Source: the human T2T-CHM13v2.0 reference genome, Homo sapiens. From it: DNA of 64,000 nt. Made by a program: the position numbers and the translations under genes. Below are positions 1 to 14,139 of the stretch, one piece after another. Position 1 is the stretch's first letter; every line of letters starts with the position of its first letter. The notes under the pieces were generated by a model, which did not search any database, was not told the DNA's origin, and saw nothing but the letters and a program-made list of their open reading frames with translations. The stretch lies in the NCBI RefSeq assembly GCF_009914755.1, contig NC_060929.1; one strand, written 5' to 3'.

Positions 1-3000
1 TTATAAAGCCTATTTAACAAAATAATATTTAAAAAATGCTCAAATCTAGCAAAAGATTTAGGCATTCAGATACAAGAATATCAGAGATTCTCAAACAGAT
101 ACAATGAAATTATATCTTCTCCATGGTACATTATAGTCAAGCTATCAAAAGTCAAAGACAAATATAGAATTCTAAAAACTGCAAAATAAAAGTGTCTGGT
201 CACTTATACAGAAACCTCCATCAGACTTTTAGAGTGGATTTCTCAGCAGAAACCTTACAGGCCAGAAGAGACTGAAATAATATATTCAAAGTACTGGAAG
301 AAAAACTTGCCAGCTAAAGATACTGTATTTGTCCATTTTCACACTGCTGTAAAGAACAACCTGAGACTGGGTAATTTAAAACAAAAGAGGTTTAATTGAT
401 GCACAGTTCAGCATAGCTGGGAAGACCTCAAGAAACTTATAATCATGGTGGAAGGTAAAGGGGAAGCAAGGTATATCTTCTCATAGTGGCAGGAGAGAGA
501 GAGTGCAAGGGAGGAACTGCCAAACACGTTTAAACCATCAGATTTCATGAGAACTAATTCACTGTCACTAGAACAGCATGGGGGAAACCACCCCTGTGAT
601 CCAATCACCTCCTCCTAGGTCCCTTCTCTGATACATGGGGATTACAATTCGAGATAAGATTTGGGTGGGGACACAGAGCCAAGCCATATCATTTCACCCA
701 TGGCCTCTCCCAAATCTCATGTCTTTTTTACATTTCAAACCAATCATGCCTTCTCAACAGCCCCCAAAAGTCTTAACTCATTCTAGCATTAACTCAAAAG
801 TCTAAATCCAAAGTCTCATCTGAGACAAGGCAAAGTCCTTTCTGCCTATGAGCCTGTAAAATCTAAAACAAGTTAGTTACTTCCAAGATACAGTGGAAGT
901 ACAGGCATTGGGTAAATGTTTCTAAATAGGAGAAATTGGACAAAACAAAGGGGCCACAAGCCCCATGCAAGCCTAAAACCTGGCAGGCACTTATTTAGTC
1001 TTAAAGCTCTAAAATAATCTTCTTTGACTCCATGTCTCACATCCAGAGCATGCTGATGCAAGAGGTGGGTTCCCACGGCCTTGGGCAGCTCCATCTCTGT
1101 GGTTCTACAGGGTACAGTGTTTCTGGCTGCTTTCACGAGCTGGTACTGAGTGTCTGGGGCTTCTCCAGGTGCATTGTGCAAGCTATCAGTGGATTAACCA
1201 TTCTGGGGTCTGAAGGATGGTGATGCTTTTCTCTCAGCTCCACTAGGCAGTGCCCCAGTAGGTCTCTGTGTAGGGGCTCCAATCCCACATTTCCCCTTTG
1301 CATTGCTCTAGTAGAGGTTCTCCATGAGGGCTCTGCCCCTGCAGCAGATGTCTGCCTGTACATCCAGATGTTTTCATACATCTTCTAAAATCTAGGTGGA
1401 GCTCTCAAAGCTCAACTATTGTCTTCTTTGCACCTGCAGGCCTGACACCATGTGGAAGTTGTCAAGGCTTGGGCTTGCACCCTCTGAAGCTACAGCCTAA
1501 GCTTCACCTTGGCCCCTTACAGCCACAGCTGGAGCTGGAGCAGCTGGGATGCAGGACACCAAGTCCTAAGACTGCACAGAGCAGTGGGGTTCTGGGCCAG
1601 CCCTGCCCATGGAACAATTTTTTCCTCCTAGGCCTCCAAGCCTGTGATGTGAGGGGCTGCTAGGAAGATCTCTGACATTCCCTAGACACATTTTCCTCAT
1701 TGTCTTGGCTATTAACATTTGGCTCCTTATTACTTAAGCAAATCTCTGTAGCAGGCTGTAGCAGGCTTTAATTTCTTCCCAGGAAATGGGTTTTTCTTTT
1801 GTAGCACATGGTTAGGCTGCAAATTTTCCAAACTTTTATGTCCTGCTTCCCTTTAAAACATAAGTTCCCATGTCAGGTCATTTTTTTGTGAACTCATATA
1901 ACCGTACACTCTCAGAAAAAGGCAGGTTACCTCTTGCATGCTTTGCTGCTTAGAAATTTATTCTGCTAGATACCCTAAATCATCTCTCTCAAGTTCAAAG
2001 TTTCACAGATCTCCAGGGCAGGGGCATAATACCACCAGTCTCTTTGCTAAAGCATAAGAAGAGTCCCCTTTGCTCCACTTCCTTATAAGTTCCCCATCTT
2101 TATCTGAGACCAACTCAGCGTGGACTTCATTGTCCATATCACTATCAGCATTTTGGTCAAAACCATTCAACAAGTCTCTAGGAAGTTCCAGACTTTCCCA
2201 CATCTTCCTGTCTTCTTCTGAGCCCTCCAAACTTTTCCAACCTCTGCCTGTTACTCAGTTCCAAAGTCGCTTCCACATTTTTAGGTATCTTTATAGCAGT
2301 GCTCCAATCTCCCAGTATCAATTTTTTGTATTAGTCTGTTTTCACACTGCTATAAAGAATGACTTGAGACTGAGTAATTTATAAAGGAAAGAGGCTTCTT
2401 TGACTCAACTCATTGCAGCAGGAGAGATAGAGCACAAGGGAGGAAATGCCAAACACTTTGAAACCATCAGATCTCATGGAAACTCACTATCATCAGAACA
2501 GCATGGAGGAAACCACCTCCATGATCCAATCACCTCCCGCCAGGTACCTCTCCTGACATGTGAGAATTACAATTTGAGATGATATTTGGGTGGGGTCATG
2601 AAGCCAAATCATATCAGATACGTAGCTGGAAAATATTCTTCATAAATAAAAGAGAAATAAAGTTTTCCCCAGATAAGCAATAGCTAAGGGAATTAATCAC
2701 CAATAAGCAGTTCTACAAGAAATGCTTAAGTGAATCCTACACCTGGAAGTTAAGGGACAATATCTACAATCATGAAAATGCATGTAAGTATAAAACCCAT
2801 GGGAAGAGAACACATAAATAGGAGAGAAAAAAGATTCAACTGTTACCAATACAGAAAAGACCCCAACTACAATGGTAAATAGTAAGAGAAAAACAAGAAA
2901 TAAAGAATATTGAAAACAATCAAAAAACAGCTAACAATATGATATAAAGAAAGCCTCACATATCAACAATAAACTTGAATGTAAGCAGATTAGACTGTTC

Positions 3001-6000
3001 ACTTAAAAGAAATATAAAGAAACACTGAATAGATTTTTAAAATAAAAAGAAAAGAAAAAGGCTCTAATTATATGCCGCTCACAAGAAATTCACCTTAGTA
3101 GTAAAGACACTTATAGATTGAAAGTAAAGTTATAGAAAATGATATTTCAAACAGAAACCAAAAGTGAGCAGAAGTAGCTATACTTTGACAAACTGACTTT
3201 AAGTCAAAAACAAGGGAAGTTTGTAGTGATAAATGAATACAGTAGAAAAAGTAGAAAGATTTTAAATAAGAAATCTAGCTATGCATCTCAAGGAACTAGA
3301 AGAGCAAGAACAAACCAAACCCAAAGATAGCCAGCAAGGAATTATAAAGATCAGAGTAAAACTAAACAAAACAGAGACTGAAAAACAATACAAGTAATCA
3401 TTGAAACAAAAAGTTGGATGTTTGAAAAGATAAACAAAATTGATGAACCACTAGCTAAAATAACCAAGAAAAAATGAGAGAAGATACAAACAAAAAAAAC
3501 TTAGAAATGGAAGAGGAGACATTATAATATAAATACCGAAGATTATCAGAGAACTATTATAAACAACTATAAAATAACAAACTGGAAAGCCTAGAGAATA
3601 AATTTCTGCACACATAAAACCTATGTAGAGAAAATCAGGAGGCAATAGAAAATCTAAAAAGACCAATTATGAGTAATGATATTGAATTAGTAATAGGAAA
3701 ATCTCATCTGCCCAACCCCAAAAAAAGTCCGGGACCCAATGGCTTCACTACGGAATTCTCCCAAACTTTCAAAGAGCATATAACCTCAATTCTCCTCAAA
3801 CTCTTTTAAAAAATTGAACAGAAGGGAATTCTCTCTAACTCATTCTACAAGGCCAGCATTATCCTGATACCAAAATCAGATAAAGACGCAACACCACCAA
3901 CAAAACCTACAGGCCAATACCCTGATGAACACAGACACAAGAATCCTTAACATAATGCTAGCAAACCAAATTCAACAGCACATTAATAAACTAAAATACA
4001 CCATGATCAAGTTGGATTTATCCTAGAAATTCGATGATTGTTCAACGTATGCAGATAAATAAATGTGTTATATTACATCAAAATAATGAAATACAAAAAC
4101 TATATGATCATCTCAATAGATCAGAAAAATCATTTGATAAAATTCAACATCCCTTTATTATAAAAACTCTCAAAAACTAGGCACTGAAGAAACATACATC
4201 AACATAACAAAGGCCATGTATTATTACAAACCCACAGCTAACATCATACTGAATGGGGAAAAGCTGAGAGCCTTTCCTCTAACAATGAAACAAGACAAGA
4301 ATGCCCACTTTCAAAACTCCTGTTCAACATAGTGCTGGAAGCCCTTTACAGAGCAACCAGGCAAGAAAAAGAAATAGACATTCAAATTGGAAAAGAGGAA
4401 ACTCTATTTTCTCTTTTTGCAGATAATATGATCTTATATCTAGAAAATTCTAAAGACTTCACAATAAATTATTAGATCTTATCAATGAATTCAGTATATT
4501 TGCAGTAAAAGCAACATACAAAAATCAGGAGCATTTCTATACACCAATTATGAACTAGCTGAAAAATAAATTAAGAATGCAATCACATTTACAATTGCTA
4601 CAAAAAAGATAATAAAATATTTAGGAATAAACTGAATGAAGGAGATAAAAGATCTCTACAAGAAAAACTACAAAACGGAACCAAACAAACGGACAGACAT
4701 CTCATGTTCATGGATCAGAAGTATTACTATCATGAAAATGACCATACTGCCCAAAGCAATCCACAGATCCAATGCAATCCCTATGAAAGTGCCAATGTCA
4801 TTTTTTCTCAGAAATAGAAAAAAATTATATCATTCCTATGAAATGAAAAGAGAGCCCCAGTAGCCAAAGCAATCCTGAAAAAAAAAAAAAAAAGCTGAAG
4901 GCATCAAATTACATTACTTCAAAATATATGACAAAGCTATATTAACCAAAATTGCATGATATTTGTTTCAAAACAGACATATAGGCCAGTGGAATGGAAT
5001 AAGGAACTCAGAAGTAAATCTACATATTTATAGCCAACTGGTTTTCAACAAAGATACCTAGAACATACATTGGAGAAAGGATAATCTCTTCAGTAAGTGG
5101 TACTGGAAAAACTGGATATCCATATGCAGAAGAAAGAAACTATATTCATATGTCTCATCATATACAAAAAGCAACCCAAGATAGATTAAAGACTTAAAAA
5201 TAAGACCTCAAACTATTAAACCACTAGAAAAAAAAAGCATAGGAGGAAAACTTCAGGACATTGGTCTAGGCAAAGATTTTACAGCCAGATCTCAAAAGCA
5301 CAGGCAACAAAACAAAAATAGACAAATAAGACTATATTAAACTAAGATGCTTCTGCTTAGCAAAGGAAATGATCAACAGAGTGAAGAGATAACCTGTCCA
5401 ATGGGAGAAAATACTTGAAAACTATTCATCTGACAATGTAGTAGTATTCAGTATATAAAAAGAACTTAAACAACTCAACATTAAAAAAATAGATAATCCT
5501 ATTAAAAATTGGGCAAAGTAAATGTACAGACATTTCTAGTCAAATGACCCACAGGTATATGAAAAAAAATGTTCAACATCATTAATCCTTAGGGAAATGC
5601 AAATCAAAACCATCATGAAATATCATCTTACCCCAATTATAATGCCTATGATCAAAAAGACAAGAGATAACAAGTACTAATGAGAATGTGAAGAAAATGA
5701 AATCATTGTACACTGATGTTGGTGGACTTTGTTCACTCTCTTTTATTCTTTTATTAATAAAGTATAAATATATTATATATATAAAGTATATAAATGAAAG
5801 TATTAATCAGTACAGATGCTATGGAAAACAGTATGAATATTTCTCAAAAAAAACCCCAAAACAGAAATATCATATAATCCAACAATCCCACTGCTGGGTA
5901 TTTATCCAAAGGAAAAGAAATTAGTATATCAAAAGGATACCTTCACTATCAAAAGGATACCTTCACCCCAGTGTTTATTGAAACACTCTCCACATTTACA

Positions 6001-6560
6001 AAGATATTGAATCAACCTAAGTTCCAGAAAATGGATAAATGAATAAAGAATATATGGTACATATACACAATGAAATACTATTTAGCCATGGAAAAGATTG
6101 TTACCAAGCCATTTGCAGCAATATGGATAGAACTAGAGGTCATTATGTTAAGTGAAATAAGCCAAGCATAGAAAGACAAATATCTCATGTTCTCACTCTT
6201 ATGTGGGAGCTAAAAAAGTTGATCTCATAGTTGTAGAGAATAGGATGATAGTTACCAAAAGCTAGGAAGGGTGTATGGGGAGGTGGTGGTAAAGAGAGGT
6301 TGGTTAATGGATACAAATATACAGTTAGATGAAAAGAATCTGTTCTAATGTTTGATGGTAACAATGTATTATACATTTCAAAGTAGCTAGAACAGAGGAC
6401 TTGAAATATACCCAACACATAGAAATAATGAGTGCTTGATTTGGTAGGTCCCTCAGATACCCTGACTTAATCATTACACAATCTATGCATGTAATAAAAT
6501 GTCACATGTACCCCATAAATATGTACAAATACTTATATCAATAAAATAAAATAATTATAA
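1..6560 (+). mobile_element. Old L1 (L1MA-like): end of ORF1, decayed ORF2 and 3' UTR, interrupted by an MST element at 324-2616
   Basis: ORF1-like sequence at 1-323 resumes after 2621. ORF2 remnants include 4636-4863 ([28 protein letters not shown]). L1MA-type 3' UTR ends CATGTACCCCATAAATATGTACAAAT...AATAAAATAAA. Confidence 0.9.
324..2616 (-). mobile_element. Full-length MaLR (MSTA/THE1D-like): LTR 324-691, internal region, LTR 2327-2616
   Basis: Both LTRs read TGTATT(T/A)GTC...CATATCA (reverse of the MaLR LTR consensus). Perfect 5-bp TSD GATAC at 319-323 and 2617-2621. MaLR-int ORF remnant LEGSEEDRKMWESLELPRDLLNGFDQNAD. Confidence 0.93.
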
Positions 6561-6569
6561 TAATAATAT

Positions 6570-8170
6570 TAAAGGAGAACAAAGTTGAAAGAGTGATATA
6601 ATTTGAATTCATGACTTATAAAGATATGAGATAATACTGGTGAAATCATAAATACATCAACGGAAAGCAAAAGAAATCCCAGAAATAGGCATTATATAAA
6701 TAAGAACTTATTTTTAACAAAGGAGCAAAGGAGCAAACGGCAAATACAATGAGGCAAAGATAGTCTCTTCAACAAATGACTGAAATAACTGGATGTCCAC
6801 ATGCAAACAAAATAAATAAATCTAGACACAGATCTTATACCTTTCACAAAAATTTACTCAAGATAAATTATACACCTAAATGTAAAATGCAAAAATATAA
6901 AACTTCTAGGAAATAACAAAGGAGAAAAACTAGAAGACCTTGGATATTGCAATGAGTTTTTAGATACAACACCAAAGGTATAGTCCATGAAAGAAATATT
7001 TGATAAGCTGGACTTCATTAAAATTTAAAAAATTCTCTGTAAAAGACACTGTTGAGAGAATGAGAAGACAAGCCATAGACTTGGGGAAAATATTTGCAAT
7101 AGACACATCTGTTAGAGAACTGTGATCCAAAATGTATGAAGAACTCTTAAATCTCAAGAAAACAAAAGCAACCCAATTCAAAATGGGCCAAAAACCATAA
7201 GAGATACATCACCAAAAAATATATAGAAATGGTAAATAAGCCTATTAAAAGATGTCCCACATCATATGTCATCAGAGAAATGCAAATTAAAATAACAATG
7301 AGATACCACTACGTATATATCAGAATAGCCAAAATCCAGCACACTGACAACACCAAATTCTGACAAGAATGTGTACCAATAGAAACTCCTCTGTTGCTGG
7401 TGGAAATGCAAATTTGCACAGCCAATTTGGAAGATAATTTGGCAATTTCTCACTCAACTAAATAGGATATGACCCAGTAAGAATGCCCCTTCGCATGATT
7501 TGAAAGGGGTTTAAAATTATATCTACATAAAAACCTGCACATAGATATTTAAAGCAGCTTTATTTATAATTTCCAAAACTTAGAAACAACCATGATGTCC
7601 TTCAGTAGCTGAATGGATAAATGAACTAAGATACATCCAGATAATAGAATATTATTCATCCCTAAAAGGAAATGAGCTGTGAACCCATGAAAAGATGTGG
7701 AGGATGCTTAAATATATATTACTAAGTGAAACATTCCAATCTGAAAAGGATATATTACATAGGGTTCCAACTATACGAAAATTTCCAAAGACAAAACAAT
7801 GAAGACAATTAAAAGCTCAGTGGAGTGGGCAATGGGATAAATAGACAGAGCCCATAGAATTTTTGAGGCCGTGAAAATACTCTGTATAATACTCAAAAAA
7901 TGGATACATGTCATTACATTTTTGTCCAGTCTGTAGAATGTACAACTCAGAGACTCATCTCTAACGTAAACTATGGACTTTGGGTGACTATGATGTGTCA
8001 ATCTAGATTGTAAAAAATGTATCAATCTGGTGGAGAATGTTGATAACAGGAAGTCTATGCATGTGTGGGGGCAGGGAATACAAGGAAAATCTGTATCTTT
8101 CTATTTTGCTGTGAACCCAAAACACCTCTAAAAAAAGTCTTTTTATAAAGTAAAGAAAGTAATTGAAAAG
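6570..8170 (+). mobile_element. L1MC1-like 3' fragment
   Basis: Decayed ORF2 C-terminus followed by the L1MC-type 3' UTR (GGATACATGTCATTACATTTTTGTCCA...GTAAACTATGGACTTTGGGTGA). Confidence 0.8.
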
Positions 8171-8405
8171 TAAAAATAAGTAAATAAAGTGCGGAAAATA
8201 CATAAAATCGCCCCAAGTGCTTTTAAGATGAGGCAAAGTTTGATGTGTAAAAAACACCAATATACTACTGCTATTCTAGTTTTATAAAATGAGTAAAAGA
8301 GCGTTTCTTCTTTCCTGTTCTTGGAGCCTCTTTGCATAAAGAGAATACCTGTCCTGTGAATATTTGGTCATGCCTATAAGATCATTTGGGAGTACAAATC
8401 CCCAC

Positions 8406-10726
8406 TGATATGGATTGGCTGTGTCCCCACCCAAATCTCATCTTGAATTGTACCTCCCATAATTCCCAAGTGTTGTGGGAGGGACTGGTGGGAGATAATT
8501 GAATCATAGTGGTGGTTTCCTCCATAATCTTCTCAGGGTAGTAAATAAGTCTCCCAAGATCTGATGGTTTTATAAGGGAAAATCTCTTTCACTTGATTCT
8601 CATTCCTTCTTTGCCTGCTGCCATGCTTTTTGACTTCTGCCATGATTGTGAGGCCTCCCCAGCCACGTGGACCCATGAGTCCATTAAACCTCTTTTTCTT
8701 TATAAATTACCCAGCCTGAGGTATGTCTTTATCAGCAGTTTGAAAATGGACTAATACAGTAAATTGGTACCAGTAGAGTGGGTGCTGCTGTAAAGATACC
8801 CAAAAATGTGAAGCAACTTTGGAACTGGGTAACAAGCAGAGTATGGAACAGTTTGGAGGGCTCAGGAGAAGACAGAAAAATGTGAGAGTTTGAAACTTCC
8901 TAGAAACTTGGAGGGCTCAGAAGACAGGAAGATGTGTGAAAGGTTGGAACTTCCTAGAGACTTGTTGAATGGCTTTGGCCAAAATACTGATAATGATATG
9001 GACAATAAAATCCAGGCTGAGGTAGTCTTGGATGGAGATGAGGAACCTGTTGGGAACAGGAGTAAAGGTGACTCTTGCTTTTTTTTAGCAAAAAGACACA
9101 TAATTTTGCCCCTGCCCTAGAGATTTGTGAAACTTTGAACTTGAGAAAGATGATTTAGGGTATCTGGTGAAAGAAATTTCTAAACAGCAAAGCATTCAAG
9201 AGGTGACTTGGGTGCTGTTAAAAAGCATTGATCTTCAAAAGGGAAACAGAGCATAAAAGATTAGAAAATTTGTAGCCTGATGATGCAATAGAAAAGTAAA
9301 ACCGATTTTCTGAGAAGAAATTCAAGCCAGCTGCAGAAATTTGCATAAGTAATAAGGAACCAAATGTTAATGCCAAGACAGTGGGGAAAATGTCTCCAGG
9401 GCATGTCAGAGACCTTTGTGGCAGCCCCTCCCATCACAGGCCCAGAGGCCTAGGAGGAAAAAATAGTTTTATAGGCCGGGCCTAGAAACCCCCTACTTTG
9501 TGCAACCTAGGGACTTGGTGCCCTGTGTCCCAGCAACTCTAGCCATGGCTAAAAGGGGCCAAGGTACAGCTCAAGCCAAGGCTTCAAAGGGTGCAAGTCC
9601 CAAGCCTTGGCATTTTCCACATGGTGTTGAATGTGTGGGTACACAGAGGAAACTCTGTCTAGATTTCAGAGGATGGAAACATCTGGATGTCCAGGCAAAG
9701 CTATGTTTCATAAAGAACCTCTGCTAGGGCAGTGTGGAAGGGAAATGTGGGGTTGAAGCCCCCATGCAGAGTCCCCACTGGGGCAATGCCTTGTGGAGCT
9801 GGGAGAAAAGAGCCACCATCCTCCAGACCCCAGAATGGTAGATCCACCAATGGTAGACCCACAGTGCAGCTTGCAATGTGCACCTGGAAAAGCTGCAGAC
9901 ACTCAATGCCAGCCCATGAAGGCAGCCAGGAGGGAAGCTGTACCCTGCCAAAGCACAAGGGTGGAGCTGCTCAAGGCCCTGGGAACCCACCACTTGCATT
10001 GGTGTGACCTGGATGTGAGACACGGAGTCAAAGGAGATAATTTTGGAGCTTCACAATTTGACTGCACTGTTGGATTTCAAAATTGCATGGGGGCCTTTAG
10101 CCCCTTTGTTTTGGCCTATTTCTCCCATTTGGAATGAGTGTATTTCTCCAATTTCTGTATCCCCATTGTATCTAGGAAGTAACTAACTTAATTTTGATTT
10201 TACAGCTCATAGGCAGAAGGGACTTGCCTTGTCTCAGATGAGACTTTGGACTGTGGACTTTTGAGTTAATGCTGAAATGAGTTAAGACTTTGAGGGACTG
10301 TTGGAAAGGCATGATTAGTATTGAAATGTGAAGACATGATATTTGGGAGAGGTCAGGGGCAGAATGATATGGTTTGCCTGTGTCACCATCTAAATATCAT
10401 CTTAAATTGTAGCTCCCATAATTCCCATATGTTGCAAGAGAGACCTGGTGGGAGATAATTGAATCATGGGGATGGTTCCCCCATATTGTTCTCATGGTAG
10501 TAAATAAGTCTCATGAGATCTGATGGTTTTATAAGGCGAAACCCCTTTCAATTGGTTCTCAGTCCCTCTTTACCTGCCACCATGTAAGATGTGCCTTTTC
10601 CCTTCCAACATGATTGTGAGGCCTCCCCAGCCAAGTGGAACTGTGAGTCCATTAAATCTCTTTTTCTTTATAAATTACCCAGTCTCAGGTATGTCTTTAT
10701 CAGCAGCATGGAAACAGATTAATATA
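8406..10726 (+). mobile_element. Full-length THE1 (THE1C/D-like) MaLR: LTR 8406-8758, internal region, LTR 10365-10726
   Basis: LTRs TGATATGG...CTAATACA / ...TTAATATA. TSD CCCAC (8401-8405) vs CTCAC (10727-10731). THE1-int sequence lies between the LTRs. Confidence 0.93.
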
Positions 10727-10759
10727 CTCACCTTAAAAAATAATGCTGTAATCACATTC

Positions 10760-11325
10760 TTATGGGCTGGTAGCAGGTTTTCTTTGGAATATATGTGCAG
10801 TAGCAGAGATTCTGAGTCATGAGATATTCATACACTTAATATGACTAACTTCTGCCTGCCTACTCTTTGACATGACCACTCCAGCCCACATTTCACCAGC
10901 CAGGTATGAGGGCTAGAATAGTTCCCATGGCGCTACCAACACTTGACTGTAAAGGGCTTTCAAAATTTTACTACTCTAACAAAGTTATATCTCTATTGTT
11001 TTCACTTGCATTTATTAGACTACTAACAAAATTGAGCCTTCCCTAATATGCCTGTTAGTTTGTCAAGTTTCTCTTTTACAAATTCCTTTATTCATTTTTT
11101 TCTTTGGAGTGGCTTTCATATTTGTTATTGTTGATCTGAAGATTGTATATTCATCTTCCAGATATTAATCCCATATTCATTTTGATATTGCAAATATATT
11201 CATATTTTCTCATTTCAATATCAATCTATGCCTTTGACTATTTTCCAAACCTTTTTAACAGGAAACCTTGACTTTAATCAAGGTTATCAATCTTTTGCTT
11301 TAAATATTGATTAAGAAGTTTTTTG
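10760..11325 (-). mobile_element. Very old L1 (L1ME-like) fragment, host of the next insertion and resuming at about 13233
   Basis: Degenerate antisense L1 ORF2 motifs (TTGCATTTATTAGACTACTAAC; TTAAGAAGT...AGGGTTATAAGAATATTCTCCTATA across the insertion). Confidence 0.5.
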
Positions 11326-13220
11326 TCCCAATTCATTAACCACCTTTTCATTTTGTTGATTGTTTCCTTTGCTGTGCAGAAGCTCTTCAGTTTGACGTAG
11401 TTCCACTTACTTATTTTTGCTTTTGCTTGCTGTGCTTTTGGTAAAAATACTCAAAAAATCTTCCAAAGGCCAATATCACAGAGGTTTTTTCCTATGTTTC
11501 CTTTCAGGGGTTTTACAGTTTCAAGTCTATGTTTAAGTCTGTAACCCATTTTGAGTTGATTTTTGTCTATGATGTAAGAGACCAGTTTCATTCTTCTGTG
11601 TGTGGATTTCCAATTTTCCCAACAGCATTTATTAAAGAGCCTGTTCTTTTTCTATAGTGTCTTCTTATCAGCCTTGTAGAAAAGTCAAAAATTAGTTGAC
11701 TGCATATACTTGAGTTTATTTCTCATCTCTCTAGTGTTCCATTGGATTGTGCATCTGTTTTTATGCCAGTACCATACTGCTTTAATTACTATTGGTTTGT
11801 AATATAATTTGAGATCAGAAAGTATGATGCTTTCAACTTTGTTGCTTTTTGTTTCTTAAGTTTGTTTTGGCTACTTGAAGTTTTTTGTGGTTCCATACAA
11901 ATTTTAGAATTATTTTTTCTATTTCTGTGAAAAATGTCATTGGAATTTTGATAAGGTTTACATCGAATCTGTATATTACTTTGCATAGTACAAACATTTT
12001 AACAATATTAATTCTTCCAGTCAAAAAACACAGGATATCTTTCCATTTATTTGTGTCTTCTTAAATTACTTTTATGAATATTTTATAGTTTTCAGTGTAC
12101 ACGTTTTTTACCTGTTTGGTTAAATTTGTTTCTAAGTTTTTATTCTTTTTGTTGCCATGATACATAGGATTGCTTTCTTGATTTCTTTTGTATTGAAAGA
12201 AAATATTTGCAAACCATATGTCAGATAAGGGGATTCAGATAAGGGGATAATATGTAAATATATAAACAATTCATACAATTCAATAGTCTAAAATCAAATA
12301 AACTTATTAAAAAATTGGCAAAGACCTGAATAGAGATTTTTTCCAAAGAAGACATAAAACCATCACTAATCATTAGGGAAATGCATATAGAAACCACAAT
12401 GAGATATCACCTCATATGTGTTAGAATGGCTGTTACCAAAAAGACAAGAGATTAAGAGAGTTGGCAAGGGTGAGGAAAAAGATAACTGTTCTACAATGTT
12501 GGTGGGTATGTAGATTGGTGCAGTCACTGTGGAAAACAATATGAAGGTTCCTGAAGAAATTAAAAGTAGAACTACCATATTACCCAGGAATCTGTCTTCT
12601 GGGTATATACCCAAAGGGAGTTTACCATCTTGTAAAGATATCTGCACCCCCATTTCATTGCAGCATTATTAACAATAGGCAAGATATGGAAACAATTTAA
12701 GTATCTATTGATGGATGAATGACAAAAAATTGTGAGATATACACACAGACACACATATGACTGAATATTTTTCAGCCATAGAAAAAAAATAATGTCATTT
12801 GTGACAACATAGACCTGGAGAACATTATGCTAAGTGAAATAAGCCGGACACACAAAAATGTATGACATAATTTCACTTATATGAGGAAACTTAAAGAAAA
12901 AAAAACTTAAGCCTTAGAAACAGAGTGTACAGCAGTGATTTTCAGGGGTGGGGTGATGGGAGTAGAATGAGGAGATGTAGGTCAAAGGGCACAGAGTTAC
13001 AGTTACATAGGGTGAATAACTCTAGAGACCTAATGTACAGGATGAGGACTCTGGATATTTCCTGAGAGTAGATTTTAGGTACTTTTCACTTATACACACA
13101 CAGAGACACAAGGTAACTATGTGAGATGAGGGATATCTTAATTTCCTTGGCCATAGTAATTATTTCACTATGTATATCAAATCATCGTGTGGTACAATTT
13201 AAATAAACACAGTTTTTAAA
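11326..13220. mobile_element. L1MA8/9-like element with 5' inversion (about 11326-12190 minus, 12195-13220 plus)
   Basis: Minus part translates [35 protein letters not shown]. Plus part resumes at the adjacent L1 position (GAAAATATTTGCAAACCATA) and ends in an L1MA 3' UTR. TSD-like flanks AAGAAGTTTTTTG / AAAAGTTCTTTTTG. Confidence 0.85.
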
Positions 13221-14139
13221 AAGTTCTTTTTGATTCAGGGTTATAAGAATATTCTCCTATACCCTACACATAAGCTACTCATTCACCTCAGTGCCATTCA
13301 AGATGATTTTGAAATAAATCCAAAACATCACATTATGAAATCCACAAATATCTTAGTATATATTTCCAAAATCGATGACTCCTGAAAAATAATTCACAAT
13401 ACTGTTATTAAGCCTTAAAAAGCAATTCATTAATATCATCAAAGCAGCTTATCTTTAAACAGGAAAGATTAGGAAGTTTAGACATAGAGAGTTACAGCAC
13501 AGGACTCAATGTGTTAATGGCGTACAAAAAGTACAAAGGAGCTATGGGAGTTCAGGGAAAGGGGAAATGATTTTCAGCACTAAAGAACAACTCACCCAGG
13601 GGAAAGAATCAATGTTTAAGAAATTTAACAACTGTTTGCTTTTGGCTTTTCTCAGAACACTGGTTCTGAAATAGTACACAGAAGGAGGTTTCTTTTCTAA
13701 CAGAACACTTGCAGATTTTTGTGTTCTTTCTCTTTTCCCTAGTAAACAGGAAATAACAGGAAGAAGGATTCAGTTGAAGCAAAGAAGTTGTACCTTCTCA
13801 CTTTTGAACAATTTCTAAGCATTCAAAGCCTCTGGATACTATATTAGAATCATCATCTTCCTAACTAAATGTACTTTCTTTTTCCTAGTTTTCAAAATTT
13901 TATCTCTAGCCATTGAGGGTATCTTTGAATTGCTTGCTTGAGCCAAGCTTCTCCAGAATTACGTATTACCAAAAGTTTGCCAATGTATTTCAGCTGCTCT
14001 AGCATTTCTGAAACATTCATTCAGGCCTTGCACTCAAATTTGGTATCTTGATATAGGTGAGAGGATCTACCTTTTTCTTATATAATTTTTGCCTTTTAGG
14101 AGCTCAGAATGCACGAGGTTAAAAAAATATAACCTGCTC

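Noticed and set aside
8852-8965. About 55-bp duplication in THE1-int (TTGGAGGGCTCAG...CTTCCTAGA x2)
   Set aside because: Copies are as diverged as the element itself, and I recall this duplication in other THE1 internal sequences, so it is probably a subfamily feature.
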